IMG/VR virus record: IMGVR_UViG_3300047673_000554
Location: 1 to 64,000 of that record
Length of the DNA: 64,000 nucleotides
Source: a virus
Reading direction: 5' to 3' (one strand)
The translations under genes were made by a program, and so were the position numbers. Of this stretch, positions 29,569 through 39,842 are shown piece by piece. The notes beneath the pieces are model-generated. The model was given only the letters and a program-made list of their open reading frames with translations, did not search any database and was not told the origin of the DNA. How positions within the stretch are numbered: position 1 is the first letter of the stretch; each line of letters opens with the position of its first letter.

Positions 29569-29913
29569 TCACCCCTGCTCACCACCAGCAGGTGGCACTT
29601 CGCAGACCCCCAGCCGCTTGGCGGCCCATCGCTCGTACAAGCCGATGGCCACATCGGCTCCGGCCATTGCGGTCAGGCAGCCCATCGCCGACGCAGCCCA
29701 GATCGACACCCCGGCGGCGTGCAACAACATCATGGTGGACAGTCCGCAACCAACGCAGGCACCGGACCGAAGTGCCAGGCGCCGTAACAATGCCCAACCC
29801 CTTGCCCCGTCCTTATCAGCTCGCCACATCTCGCCCGACACGCCGCCGACCAGGGCCAGGACGATCACTAACCAGATCGGCATCTCTGCCAGCGTTTGCT
29901 GCTCGTTCGTCAT
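29569..29913 (-). CDS. Holin
   Basis: ~114 aa, 2-3 TM segments, pyocin-holin-like. Confidence 0.8.
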   Translation of the reverse strand: MTNEQQTLAEMPIWLVIVLALVGGVSGEMWRADKDGARGWALLRRLALRSGACVGCGLSTMMLLHAAGVSIWAASAMGCLTAMAGADVAIGLYERWAAKRLGVCEVPPAGGEQG

Positions 29914-30138
29914 CGCCCTACCCCATAAACGCAAAAACCCGGCGCAATGGCCGGGTTTGGTGTGTGGTGCCTTCCGCTCTCTGCGGTCGCACCTATCGAA
30001 GATGACTACTTTTTACAGGTGGATTCCGGTGGCAGCAACCCCACTTTAATGCCACCCGGTGAATATGTGGGTAACGCAGGGTGAACGCCTAGGCAATGTC
30101 GGTGAATACACCACCTCGGCTATCTGTTGCTTTTGCGT

Positions 30139-30415
30139 TGTCCCATTTGTCCCACTTTTCAAAATCGAAGTGGGACGCCTGAGAGCGCCTAAATTCGGGG
30201 CGTCGCCCCACTGTCCTACTTTTTTATCTTCTTTCTCGTGTAAAGAAAGTAATTGAATTACACGCGTGCGCGCCACGGGCGCGTGCTGGTGCCCGCTCCG
30301 CTCACATGGGCGGGAGGCTCCAACAGGCGGGACGGTGGGACAGCCCAACAACGACAAGGCCCGCACTTGTCCCACTACGTTAAAACGCAGCGGGACAAGG
30401 CGAGCCAGAGGGACA
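30139..30415. repeat. Putative replication origin (TGTCCC/GGGACA iterons)
   Basis: About 8 copies in both orientations around an AT-rich core, downstream of the primase-helicase. Confidence 0.55.
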
Positions 30416-30440
30416 ACAACTACCGGTGTCGTGCCTGGGA

Positions 30441-30806
30441 TCACGCAGCCTTCCCCATCAACATGCCGGCGATGCACAAATGCGCCTCATGCAAACGCTG
30501 GTAGTACGTGTCACGACTACACCCGCAATGGGTGTATTTCTGCGATAGAAAGCTTTCGTGATTGCAGTAATGCTCCCTCACCACCACCGACAACTGCGGT
30601 GGCAGGTGTTTGTTCACGATCAGTTCAATATCCGCCGACTCATCCAACAACACCCGACTGCCTCTAGTCCCGCGAATCAACTCACCTTTGCATTCCATCA
30701 GCATGGCGATCATGTTGCCGCCACTCGCCCCGCCGAAAGACTCGGCCACCGGCGAATGCAAGTCCTCAGCCCAAAGCTTGAGCATTTCATCAATTCGCTT
30801 AATCAC
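30441..30806 (-). CDS. Q-like late regulator/antiterminator
   Basis: C-terminal HTH (CSRDTYYQRLHEAH), upstream of the late operon. Confidence 0.6.
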   Translation of the reverse strand: MIKRIDEMLKLWAEDLHSPVAESFGGASGGNMIAMLMECKGELIRGTRGSRVLLDESADIELIVNKHLPPQLSVVVREHYCNHESFLSQKYTHCGCSRDTYYQRLHEAHLCIAGMLMGKAA

Positions 30807-33018
30807 CGAAGCAAGGCTCCTCGATCGGTTCCACCTTCAACGCCGAAGCGCCACCCCAACCTGCCGGCTTCTTGTAAGCCCAAGGACGCTGCCCACTTTT
30901 CGCCAGCGCCGGCATCCGGGTACGCCGCCAACCAAGCCGGTGCATGATCGCCCCGACACGCATCTGCTCGGGCTTACCCCAATGACCGAAGTCGAGCTTC
31001 AGCGCATTAGTCAGCACCTCACTGCCGGACGTGGTTTCACCGATCTGCGATTCTTCCAACCAGGTCAGGATTGGCCCTTCCCACTCATCCACAACAAAGC
31101 GCTCTTCCTGCGCCTCGGCAAAGGTCGGCGCCTCATCAGGCGTCACCCACCAGATGTCACCCGCCTCATAGCAAAACATCGCTTCAGCCCAGAGCTGGTC
31201 ACGGATCTCACGCAACTGCTCCAGATCGACCTTGGTACAAGCCACCGGCCAATATCGCCGGTTGCCAGTGGCGTCCTTGAGGTACTCGTCTTGGTTGGTC
31301 GTGCCCACGAACACACACTGGCGTGGCACGTCGTTCGTTCTGCGGCCATAGCTTTCGCGGTAGGTATCGGTCGACGCTGAGAAGAACTGTTTAGCCTTGG
31401 TGCTTTCCGCCTTGTTGAAGCTGTCCAGCTCCCCCAACTCGACGATCCATTTGCCACGGATCGCCTGAAAGCCGTCCTTGTCACCCAGGGCAAAAGGCGT
31501 ATCCATGAACCACTCGCCGCCGAGGATGCTCATCGCCGTCGACTTACCCGCGCCCTGCGCGCCTTCAAGAATCATCACCGAGTCAGCCTTGCAGCCGGGC
31601 CTCATAACCCGCCCCACCGCCGACAGCATCCAGCGCTTACCGACCTTGGCCGAGTAGTCGCTGGCCTGCACGCCCATGACATCGGTGAGCCAACTTTCCA
31701 ACCGAGGTACCCTGTCCCATTCGAGCTTTTGCAGGTACTCCCGCACTGGATGAAATGCATGGTCATGAGCAACAACGCTCACCGCCTCAATCACCTGCGT
31801 CGACTTGACCCTTAGGTTGTATTGCTGCGCGAGCCACTTCATCACCCGCACGTCATCGATGTCGGCCCAGTCGCCCGTACCACCGCCATAAGGGGCAGAA
31901 CGTAGCTTGACGATCTTCGAACTGAAGGCGCTGTAAGTGATCACGCCGGCCCAGCGTTCGTCGTTGCCAAGTATCAGCTCAACGTTCTGCATGTGGGCAA
32001 TCAGGGCGCCGCTTTCGGTGCGAGCCAATTGGTCTTTCCATCCACCCGCTGCCGGCGGCTTGACCACCGCCAACACCTGACGCCGGACTGCCTCCAAGCC
32101 TTCGGCGACGTGCAGATCATTGAAGTCCGTCCACTTGTCTTCCCGCTCACCGGAGAAGATCGGCGCGACGACCTGGCCACCGACGATCAATGCCGCGTTG
32201 TTGGCCTTCTCCTCCCCGGGGTTCCAGGCATCACCATTGGCGCGTTTCGTCTTCCAGTCATCATCCCGGCAAACAATCAGCGGGCAACCCGGAAAGCGCT
32301 CACGCATGGCCTTGCATACCACCAACAGGTTGCCCGCATCGAAGGCGATGGCCACCGTCAGCGAGGTCGCCATATGCAGACTCGCGCCCGTGGCGTAACC
32401 CTCACATACCAGCACCGGCTCCCCCGGTTCAGGGTGAGGCCCGATCAGGTGAAAAGCCCCCTCCTTCGACATCCCATAAGGCCAGTAAGACTTATCCCGA
32501 CCGGTATCTTCCTGCTTAGCCGGAAAGACCACCTGCAGGCCAACAATCTGGTCCCGCACGTTGCACATCGGCACCAAAAACGCGCCCGTGCGCGGCGCGT
32601 AACGAACACCAAAACCAACGATCTGTTTTCGATCCAGGTAGTCGCTACGCCCCTTCTCCGGCATGCGCTTGAACAGCCCTGCCGCACGGTTCGCCGCTCG
32701 ACGTGCAGCATTGGCCGCTATCTCGGCGGCGCGACGCTTGGCGTCCTCCTGCCGAGCGCGCATGACCTCACGTCCTTCAGGCGACATCCGCCCAGCCTTC
32801 ACTTTGATCTTCTGCGTCTCGCCCGAACGCCAGTCACCGAAGCTCCCGAAGATCAACGTCTCGCCTTTCTCGGTGCGATGTTCGTGGACGACATACCAAC
32901 CGTTCTTTTCTTTGCCCTTGTCCTGAGCGGTCTTGCAGCGGGTCAGCTTGCCAAAGATTAAGGGCTGGTCTGGCTCAAGGCCGTAGTCCGCGAATTGACC
33001 CAGTACCTCATCGAGCAT
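30799..33018 (-). CDS. TOPRIM primase-VapE/SF3-type helicase
   Basis: CEGYATG, DDD, TDFND; Walker A GAQGAGKST. Confidence 0.88.
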   Translation of the reverse strand: MLDEVLGQFADYGLEPDQPLIFGKLTRCKTAQDKGKEKNGWYVVHEHRTEKGETLIFGSFGDWRSGETQKIKVKAGRMSPEGREVMRARQEDAKRRAAEIAANAARRAANRAAGLFKRMPEKGRSDYLDRKQIVGFGVRYAPRTGAFLVPMCNVRDQIVGLQVVFPAKQEDTGRDKSYWPYGMSKEGAFHLIGPHPEPGEPVLVCEGYATGASLHMATSLTVAIAFDAGNLLVVCKAMRERFPGCPLIVCRDDDWKTKRANGDAWNPGEEKANNAALIVGGQVVAPIFSGEREDKWTDFNDLHVAEGLEAVRRQVLAVVKPPAAGGWKDQLARTESGALIAHMQNVELILGNDERWAGVITYSAFSSKIVKLRSAPYGGGTGDWADIDDVRVMKWLAQQYNLRVKSTQVIEAVSVVAHDHAFHPVREYLQKLEWDRVPRLESWLTDVMGVQASDYSAKVGKRWMLSAVGRVMRPGCKADSVMILEGAQGAGKSTAMSILGGEWFMDTPFALGDKDGFQAIRGKWIVELGELDSFNKAESTKAKQFFSASTDTYRESYGRRTNDVPRQCVFVGTTNQDEYLKDATGNRRYWPVACTKVDLEQLREIRDQLWAEAMFCYEAGDIWWVTPDEAPTFAEAQEERFVVDEWEGPILTWLEESQIGETTSGSEVLTNALKLDFGHWGKPEQMRVGAIMHRLGWRRTRMPALAKSGQRPWAYKKPAGWGGASALKVEPIEEPCFGD

Positions 33019-33235
33019 GACGGGCCTCCCGCGATTCTGCGATCGATTGGCAAGGCACGCACTGCGAACAACCGGGCTGCGCTAAGCGACGGTCTTCCGG
33101 TATCGGGTCATCACACCCCTCACAGAATAGAAATGAATGCGCCGCCGAAGCGGGCTTGGCGGCGTTACGTTCAGCGAGTGCCTGATCAAGACGCTCCTGC
33201 ACCAGGTCGTTGGCAAAGTCAGCGATGTCAGCCAC
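33008..33235 (-). CDS. TraR/DksA C4 zinc-finger protein
   Basis: GTG start, ADIADFA, CEGC...IPEDRR...CVPC. Confidence 0.85.
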   Translation of the reverse strand: MADIADFANDLVQERLDQALAERNAAKPASAAHSFLFCEGCDDPIPEDRRLAQPGCSQCVPCQSIAESREARHAR

Positions 33236-33746
33236 GGTCGACACCCCGCGTGGTCTGATTGACGTAGGTAGCGCGGTTGAACATCCCCAACAGCCCTTGA
33301 ATACCGCGAAACACTTGCAGCCGGATTTCGGCCAATTCGTGGTCACTCACCACCCCATCACCAATGCTCTTGGCCCAAGTGTCGGCCAGATCAGCAACCT
33401 GCCGGAAATAAGCAGCAATGCCGGTGGTCAAGGTTTCAGGCATGTCGTTGGTGTACGCCTCGGCCAACTCCTGCCAAGTCGTATCCCCGACCAGCGCATG
33501 CACTGCATCGAGAATGCGGCGGTCTTTGGTCAACTCCAGGATCTCGCCGAACTCCTGAATGTTCACGGTATGGCTAGGGTGGGTTGGAGACAGCTTGTGC
33601 TGCAGCGTGGTGGCGTTTCTGCCGGTGGTGGCGGCAATTGCAGCGGCGCCGCCGGGATAGTCTCGGGCAGCATGGTAAAGCGCTAAATCGAGCGGCAGGA
33701 TTTCCCGCTGCGCCCGTTCTACAGAACTCAGAGCGATTCGGCTCAT
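33228..33746 (-). CDS. Phage CII-family regulator
   Basis: YPGGAAAIA, LQHKLSP, DGVVSDHE. Confidence 0.75.
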   Translation of the reverse strand: MSRIALSSVERAQREILPLDLALYHAARDYPGGAAAIAATTGRNATTLQHKLSPTHPSHTVNIQEFGEILELTKDRRILDAVHALVGDTTWQELAEAYTNDMPETLTTGIAAYFRQVADLADTWAKSIGDGVVSDHELAEIRLQVFRGIQGLLGMFNRATYVNQTTRGVDRG

Positions 33747-33804
33747 GGCATTAATCCTTACAGGTTGCCAGTGCCTCGCGACATGCAGTGGTGATACATT
33801 TGCC

Positions 33805-34072
33805 GCGTGGCTTGAAAGGGCCCAAACGCCGGCTAGATCTTCAGGATCGAACCGGCACCGTGCCGAGGCGAACAATCCGTTGTTCACCCCTGGCGCAACA
33901 GCTGCCCAATCTGTGGTGGAAAAGGCAGCAACACCAAGGCATCCGTGCCTTGGAAAGCGCGATAAAGAGAGGTGGTTAGCATGTGGTGTGCCCGCCTATC
34001 TTTACCGCGACCCGACAGCGCTGTGGTGGTGCGTGGCGGGAGGAACTGGGCGACCTTAGGGTCGCCTTTTTT
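33805..34072 (+). ncRNA. Putative multi-hairpin antisense RNA with UGUGGUG loops
   Basis: Extended -10 TGaTACATT (33792-33800); three hairpins with TGTGGTG loops; G-U pairs favour the + strand; + strand terminator. Confidence 0.55.
34049..34072 (+). terminator. Intrinsic terminator
   Basis: GGCGACC-TTAG-GGTCGCC-TTTTTT. Confidence 0.75.
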
Positions 34073-34076
34073 CTTG

Positions 34077-34337
34077 CTACGCAGCGGTTTTTTGAGGAGC
34101 CGATGCGTTCAAAAGCCAAGCAGCTTGGAAAGCATTGCCTTTCTGTTCCGCAGCAATTGCCAATAGCTCAGCGTATTTGGTTTCACCTGTGAAATCCGTT
34201 CGCGGCAGACATGCCGCCTGACGCCATTTGTTCAACGCCTGATAGCTTCTATTGCATATCTTCGCGGCGGCCCCGATGCCGCCTACGGCTTCAAAAGCGA
34301 ACGCAATGGCGCTCGGAAATTTTGCGGGGTCCAACAT
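34077..34337 (-). CDS. cro: Cro-like repressor
   Basis: Small HTH divergent from cI. Confidence 0.75.
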   Translation of the reverse strand: MLDPAKFPSAIAFAFEAVGGIGAAAKICNRSYQALNKWRQAACLPRTDFTGETKYAELLAIAAEQKGNAFQAAWLLNASAPQKTAA

Positions 34338-34351
34338 GACAACCTCCATTT

Positions 34352-34424
34352 ATCAACTCGTGGTTGATGTTATAGATCAACTGACTATTGCGCAACCTTT
34401 GTGAGACTCTCAACTCATGGTTGA
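34352..34424. promoter_or_regulatory. OR-like operators TCAAC-N5-GTTGA
   Basis: ATCAACTCGTGGTTGAT (34352-68), degenerate middle copy, TCAACTCATGGTTGA (34410-24) overlapping the cI ATG. Confidence 0.7.
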
Positions 34425-35148
34425 TAAAAATGCACTCCGCGCAGCTTTTAGCGAGCGCCTCCATGAAGCACTCGACGACGCCGGCGTACGTACCCGGGGT
34501 CGTGGCGTGGACATCCATCGTCAGTTGAAAAGCTTGGGGGTAGATAAAACCACACAGGCCATCAGCAAGTGGCTGAATGGTGAAGCCATAGCTGAGGCTG
34601 ACAGCATGGTTGCGCTTTGTTCTTGGCTAAAGGTGCGGCGCGAGTGGCTGGAGTATGGCGTTTTGCCAAAAGAGCGGACAAGTGAGAGTAATGTTCGCCA
34701 TATGGGGCTCGGCGATGGGAGTAATGTTAGTGAAATCAACCATCGCTTTGGCAAGGTTCCCTTGATTTCCTGGGTACAAGCTGGAGCATGGTGCGAGGCT
34801 TTTTCAAACATTGAGATCTACGATGCAGACTCATGGCTTTCTTGCCCTGTTCCGATCAGCAACAATGGATTTGCATTGAGAGTGCAAGGCGATTCGATGA
34901 CGAATCCAGGGCCTGGTCGCAGTTATCCAACCGGTTGCATAATCTTTGTAGACCCTGAAGCAGAGACACGAACTGGTGACCGCGTAATAGCTAGAGTTCC
35001 CCGTACCAACGAGGCTACATTTAAAGTTCTAGTAGAGGATGCCGGTCGACAATTTCTGAAGCCGATCAATCCGCAATACCCAATCATTGATATTACGGAA
35101 GAGACGCACATCTGTGGCAAAGTAGTTGGATCATTCATCCCTGAATAA
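34417..35148 (+). CDS. cI: CI repressor (HTH + S24 autopeptidase)
   Basis: VPLISWVQAG, VQGDSM, ATFK. Confidence 0.92.
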   Translation: MVDKNALRAAFSERLHEALDDAGVRTRGRGVDIHRQLKSLGVDKTTQAISKWLNGEAIAEADSMVALCSWLKVRREWLEYGVLPKERTSESNVRHMGLGDGSNVSEINHRFGKVPLISWVQAGAWCEAFSNIEIYDADSWLSCPVPISNNGFALRVQGDSMTNPGPGRSYPTGCIIFVDPEAETRTGDRVIARVPRTNEATFKVLVEDAGRQFLKPINPQYPIIDITEETHICGKVVGSFIPE

Positions 35149-35158
35149 ATCCATTTCG

Positions 35159-37651
35159 CTACCGGTTTTTCACCCTAAATGGAACCGTGTACATATCACA
35201 AAAATCAGAAGCGCGAAGTTTAGCGGCGATCAATTTTTGTCTTATCGCAACCGCATCACCCAACTCATTACTGCTTGCTACTGAATTAATGAATTTCCGA
35301 ACAGACTCTCTAAACTCTCCAAGCTTTTCCCGTGTCATGACACGAATATTTTGGTTAGGTGAAGCAGCGTATTCGAACAACGAATATGGGTGCACCAAAA
35401 TTGGAGTATAAGCACTCGAGTGATCATAACGCTCCTCAAACCACTCACAAGAGCCATTAAGCTGATTACAGTAATACTTGGTTATAGTTTCAACCACAGC
35501 CTCATTTTTACATTCAATCACAAAATAATTTAACTCTCCAACTTTCCACAGTACATCAGGCCCCTTTTGGTACTCTTGCTCCGGGCGTTGACTACGGAAG
35601 CCTAAATACCTAGCTACATCCTTCATCCTTGCTTCAAACAATTCGGAACTATCAAGCTTAAAGTCCAGCCCCTCCAACACCCCATTTATTTCCACTACAA
35701 GCTTATTTGGATCTTGAAACGTTTTAGTCAAAAACTCACTACATGCTTTAGCCTGATCCAGCACCGCCCCAGAAATTTTATGATATTGAATACCTTCGAT
35801 AGGCTTCAATAGCCTTCTATTGTCCCCAACAGCAGACATTTGAATTTTTTGAGCAGAGGCTTGATCTAGCAAATTAGTGTATTCCGCATAATGCTGCTTA
35901 ACCAAACCTCTAAACTTCAAGTCAGCAACTGCATTAACTAACTCCTTTAACTCTTGAGCCGCAGCAGCAAAATTGCTATTGCACGCATAATCGTATGCTT
36001 TTCTGAGTGACAAGATATTACTATCAATGGAGTTTTCTTGAGTGTAAGCCAAAGTTGCCAACACCCCCTTACTTGCTGCAACCCACTCCTCTTTGCGCGC
36101 CCAGCAATAATTTAACGTATCTGTAATCTCTGATAATTTCTTTCCTTTGATCTGTTCAGAAACCTGCTCGGACAGGGCTAACTGGGCTCTAGTACCCGGT
36201 GAAAACTTGCTCATAGCACCTTGCGCATAAAGCTTGCTGGTCAGATCTCTACCCATTAAAAAAACAACACAGTAATCATCATTTGATCTAACGCCACGCC
36301 CCATACCCTGTTCAACGCGTTGAATTACCTGATTTACGTCCCGATCACTTCCCAATAAAACCGTTTGATTGACCCTGTCGATTTTGCTGCGAACATCTGG
36401 AAACCCATCTATCACTAACAGCCTGCAGGCATCACCGGGCAGGTCAATCCCATCATACTTATTAACAAGTACGACCAAACCAACTTTACCGGCCTTTAGC
36501 TTATCCACCCCCTCGTAAAGATTATTTGCAAATAGAACTAAATTAGCGCTATCCCTCCAGTAATCAGCACGCGCCTTCGAAGGTACAATAACTACCACAT
36601 TCATATATTCAGCGATGAACTTGCAATATTTCTTTATATGATCATCAGCTAGTTCAGAATTAATTACTTGAGGCAGGAGTATCATACGATCCCCAACATC
36701 ACCCGCTGAATCAGGAACGATAGGACGCTGTAGAAATTTATCATCAACCCCGAAATGACTAGCCAAAATTGAATCATCAACTAACGTGGCGGTCATGAAC
36801 AACTTACGATCGGCATCAATGATACTAGGAATCATATGAATCGGAATTGCATGCGGGGTGATCTCGATACTCTTCGCCCCAACGACACAATGACTCAATT
36901 TTGGAAACTCTTTCACAAGAGGCCACACAAACTGTAAATAATCTTCTTTTTTATGCGCAATTAGAATTTTACAAACTTCTGATATTTTACTCTGCCAAAC
37001 CCAATAGGGAACTTGCATCAACGCAGCTGAACTACCACTTTCGACTTCAAGAGCTTTTGATTCGCATTGGTTATGGAGAGATTCCTTAAATAAATCATAC
37101 AGCGCGGTATATACCGCGGTGCCCTGCGGAATCTCGATTGTAAACTGCTCTTCAACGTAGCCAATACATGCATGAGCATCATCTACGACAAGACTAGCAA
37201 TTTTTATTTTTACACCTTCGTCACCAACGCCGAACGCTGATCGGCCATTGACCAATTTGAAAATATTCGCCACGAGAATTGCTTTACCGGAAATAAAGCG
37301 ATGTGAATGTACATCGTCAGTAACTTCAACACCCAGTTCTTCAGCAGCATCCATCACTTGTTTTACAAGATAAGGATCAGGGCAAATATATACAGCGGGA
37401 AACTTTCCCTCATTTATACAACTTTTTAACGCAAGTAAACCAACGACAGTTTTTCCGCTACCAGTGTTTAACTTTAGAACTAAACTATTTTCATTTCGAC
37501 GCTCGAACCACTTCGACCAAACCTGAGATTGGACATCTCGAGGATATTGAAACTTTTGAGCATTTTTTTTGGGTAAAGCATTAAAAATTTCCCTGGGCTG
37601 CAGGACGGTATCAACCGTTACACCTGTTCCAATACGTGTGAAGTCAATCAT
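35159..37651 (-). CDS. DinG/XPD-like SF2 helicase + C-terminal PD-(D/E)xK nuclease (Hna-like defence protein)
   Basis: NTGSGKT, DDAH, TAT, DGIDLPGDACR, QGMGRGVR; PDVLW...IECK; AT-rich. Confidence 0.75.
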   Translation of the reverse strand: MIDFTRIGTGVTVDTVLQPREIFNALPKKNAQKFQYPRDVQSQVWSKWFERRNENSLVLKLNTGSGKTVVGLLALKSCINEGKFPAVYICPDPYLVKQVMDAAEELGVEVTDDVHSHRFISGKAILVANIFKLVNGRSAFGVGDEGVKIKIASLVVDDAHACIGYVEEQFTIEIPQGTAVYTALYDLFKESLHNQCESKALEVESGSSAALMQVPYWVWQSKISEVCKILIAHKKEDYLQFVWPLVKEFPKLSHCVVGAKSIEITPHAIPIHMIPSIIDADRKLFMTATLVDDSILASHFGVDDKFLQRPIVPDSAGDVGDRMILLPQVINSELADDHIKKYCKFIAEYMNVVVIVPSKARADYWRDSANLVLFANNLYEGVDKLKAGKVGLVVLVNKYDGIDLPGDACRLLVIDGFPDVRSKIDRVNQTVLLGSDRDVNQVIQRVEQGMGRGVRSNDDYCVVFLMGRDLTSKLYAQGAMSKFSPGTRAQLALSEQVSEQIKGKKLSEITDTLNYCWARKEEWVAASKGVLATLAYTQENSIDSNILSLRKAYDYACNSNFAAAAQELKELVNAVADLKFRGLVKQHYAEYTNLLDQASAQKIQMSAVGDNRRLLKPIEGIQYHKISGAVLDQAKACSEFLTKTFQDPNKLVVEINGVLEGLDFKLDSSELFEARMKDVARYLGFRSQRPEQEYQKGPDVLWKVGELNYFVIECKNEAVVETITKYYCNQLNGSCEWFEERYDHSSAYTPILVHPYSLFEYAASPNQNIRVMTREKLGEFRESVRKFINSVASSNELGDAVAIRQKLIAAKLRASDFCDMYTVPFRVKNR

Positions 37652-37753
37652 GGTCAGTTCGTCCCTTTCTGATGCAGTGGGATCGCACCGTAAACCTTAG
37701 GCGCTGACGATGTCCATACGATATCAGTCGATACACCCTCAACAACTCGCATA

Positions 37754-37796
37754 TCAACCACTGGTTGTTGACAATTAGCAACTTACGGTTGATATT
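37754..37796 (+). promoter_or_regulatory. PL-like promoter with OL operators
   Basis: TTGACA-N17-GATATT overlapped by TCAACCACTGGTTGT and GCAACTTACGGTTGA. Confidence 0.7.
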
Positions 37797-37831
37797 TGCT
37801 TCACTCTTCCACCACAGAGCGAGGCAACACC

Positions 37832-38008
37832 ATGCACACCACAGCCACCCTGCACGTCCATCCGGCTGCTGCTGATCCATTCCGCATCTTCGAAATCCGC
37901 CGCCTGGCCCGCGAATGCGGCTGCACGTTTGTCACTACCAAACCAAAGCAGAAAGCCCGCATCTCACCCACTCCGTTCGATCCGAATGGCGGAGGGTGTG
38001 CAGCATGA
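37832..38008 (+). CDS. Small early phage protein
   Basis: GAGG RBS, first gene after PL. Confidence 0.6.
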   Translation: MHTTATLHVHPAAADPFRIFEIRRLARECGCTFVTTKPKQKARISPTPFDPNGGGCAA

Positions 38009-38595
38009 GCAAGTACAAGCTAGACAACCGCACCCTGCAATTGCTCAACGCTCAGGTCAACCTGACCGAGACCTTCAACCACACGCTAAGGTCGACGCCT
38101 AAGCGCGAAGCTCTGTCGTTCCGCCTGAAAGTTGAACGCAACACATCCGACACCCTTTTCACCGTTGAACTGGGCAGCGAGCGCCACACGCTGACCTTGA
38201 AGAACGAAAAAAAGATGCACCTCAAGCTGGCCGACTTTATCGAAGAGATCGTCAATGGCCCCTTCGACCCCAACAATGCTGCCGACCTGTTGAACCTCCC
38301 CCACGCCAGCCGTCAATACGCTCGCTTCGACACTGAGCACAAGCAGCGGGTATTCGAGCTGGTGCGCACGGGTGGTGTGGTGAGCCTCGACATGGGTTTT
38401 GATCTGCCCCTCCACGTCGCATTGCATCGCACACAAGCCCGCTCGGGTGTCACCAGCATCATGAGCATCGGCGAGAAAAGGCCACGCACCAAATGCTTCA
38501 CCGTGTACGGAAGCGATGTCGAGATCTACGAGAAAGTGTCCGAGTCCATCAACCACCTGGCTGCGGCAGCAACACCCGCCGCACACGCTGCGTGA
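38005..38595 (+). CDS. Hypothetical early phage protein
   Basis: GGAGG RBS, ATGA overlap. Confidence 0.7.
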   Translation: MSKYKLDNRTLQLLNAQVNLTETFNHTLRSTPKREALSFRLKVERNTSDTLFTVELGSERHTLTLKNEKKMHLKLADFIEEIVNGPFDPNNAADLLNLPHASRQYARFDTEHKQRVFELVRTGGVVSLDMGFDLPLHVALHRTQARSGVTSIMSIGEKRPRTKCFTVYGSDVEIYEKVSESINHLAAAATPAAHAA

Positions 38596-38604
38596 GGGGG
38601 TGTC

Positions 38605-38889
38605 ATGGAACGCACTCTCGCCCAAGCCGCGAAGCACCTCGGCATCACTCGGCCCAAGCTGATCGAACTTATGCGGGCTAAAGGTCTGCTCAATAACCGG
38701 AACCTGCCCACCTACCCGACCCGCGATCGCGAATACCTGCGGATCAAGGACAGCAACTGGTACCACGAGACCGCCGGCATGCAGTACAGCCAGTCAACCC
38801 GCGTCAGACAACCCGGCATCCGCTGGCTGGCCGATCAACTGGGGCTGGATCTACCCGCCATCCCGGCAAACCACCGTGACGTGGCCTAG
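38605..38889 (+). CDS. Antirepressor KilAC-like protein
   Basis: LAQAAKHLGI...MRAKGLL...TRVRQPGIRWL. Confidence 0.7.
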   Translation: MERTLAQAAKHLGITRPKLIELMRAKGLLNNRNLPTYPTRDREYLRIKDSNWYHETAGMQYSQSTRVRQPGIRWLADQLGLDLPAIPANHRDVA

Positions 38890-39055
38890 GGAATACGCTC
38901 GCCAGATCGTCGCCATGAGCACACGCGAAGAGCGCAATGCCGCGCTCCTCGAAGTGCCTGAACATCTGCGGGAGCTGACCAAAACACACTGCCTGAATGC
39001 CTGGAACCACCCGGCAAGAACACAACGCAAGGAGGCTCAGCAAGCCGATGCATAA
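38876..39055 (+). CDS. Small hypothetical phage protein (not in ORF track)
   Basis: GTG start, 59 aa, overlaps both neighbours. Confidence 0.55.
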   Translation: MTWPREYARQIVAMSTREERNAALLEVPEHLRELTKTHCLNAWNHPARTQRKEAQQADA

Positions 39056-39365
39056 CACCAGCCAAACACCGCTACGACTGCGACCCGCACCCGAGTCAGC
39101 CACCGTGGAACTGCTTTACCGCACCTTCGGTGACGTGCTGATCCCGCTGGAAAAAGTCCGCGAGCAGTACTTCCGCAACCTCAACGAGCAATCGTTCGTG
39201 GCCGAGATCAATAGCGGCCGGATCCAGCTCCCCATCACCACGCTGGACACCAGCCGCAAGGCCCCGAAATACGCACACATCCGCCATGTCGCTTCGCTGA
39301 TCGACATCCGCGCCTACAAGGCGGATGAAGAGATGCTGCGACCGCAGGACGATTCAACCGAGTAA
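39048..39365 (+). CDS. PrtN-family DNA-binding protein
   Basis: LIPLEKVREQYF...SRKAPKYAHIRHVASLID. Confidence 0.7.
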   Translation: MHNTSQTPLRLRPAPESATVELLYRTFGDVLIPLEKVREQYFRNLNEQSFVAEINSGRIQLPITTLDTSRKAPKYAHIRHVASLIDIRAYKADEEMLRPQDDSTE

Positions 39366-39422
39366 GACACCCGACCCAAAGGCTGCCACCACCGGCCTAC
39401 GACATCACCAGGAGCACACCAC

Positions 39423-39842
39423 ATGACTGCAATTCAAATCTGCGCATTGATCGGCCTCATCGTCGGCGCTGCCCTTCTCTACTGGACCGGCTACCGAGGC
39501 GGTCAAATCGATGGTCGCATCGAGGGAATCGACGAAGGCAAAGCCATCCAACAATCCGACAACTCGCAAGCCCTCCGAAACCTGGAGCACTCACTACTCC
39601 AAGCACGCGCCGAGGAGTTGCAACTGTACGGCCACTACGAGCGTGCACTGGCGGCCTCAAAACTGGGAGAGCAGGAGCGTCAAACCCTACTTGCCATCGC
39701 CGAAAAACTCAGGATCGCCGCGGAGACATTCAGCGCATTCCGCACCGGCAAAAAACTCGAACGCGATTCACTAGCCCTGCGCGAACAAGCGCTCTCCATG
39801 GCAGCCCTGCTAGAGCCAGAAACGCAGGAGGATGCGGCATGA
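39423..39842 (+). CDS. Membrane-anchored coiled-coil phage protein
   Basis: N-terminal TM; AGGAG RBS. Confidence 0.7.
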   Translation: MTAIQICALIGLIVGAALLYWTGYRGGQIDGRIEGIDEGKAIQQSDNSQALRNLEHSLLQARAEELQLYGHYERALAASKLGEQERQTLLAIAEKLRIAAETFSAFRTGKKLERDSLALREQALSMAALLEPETQEDAA

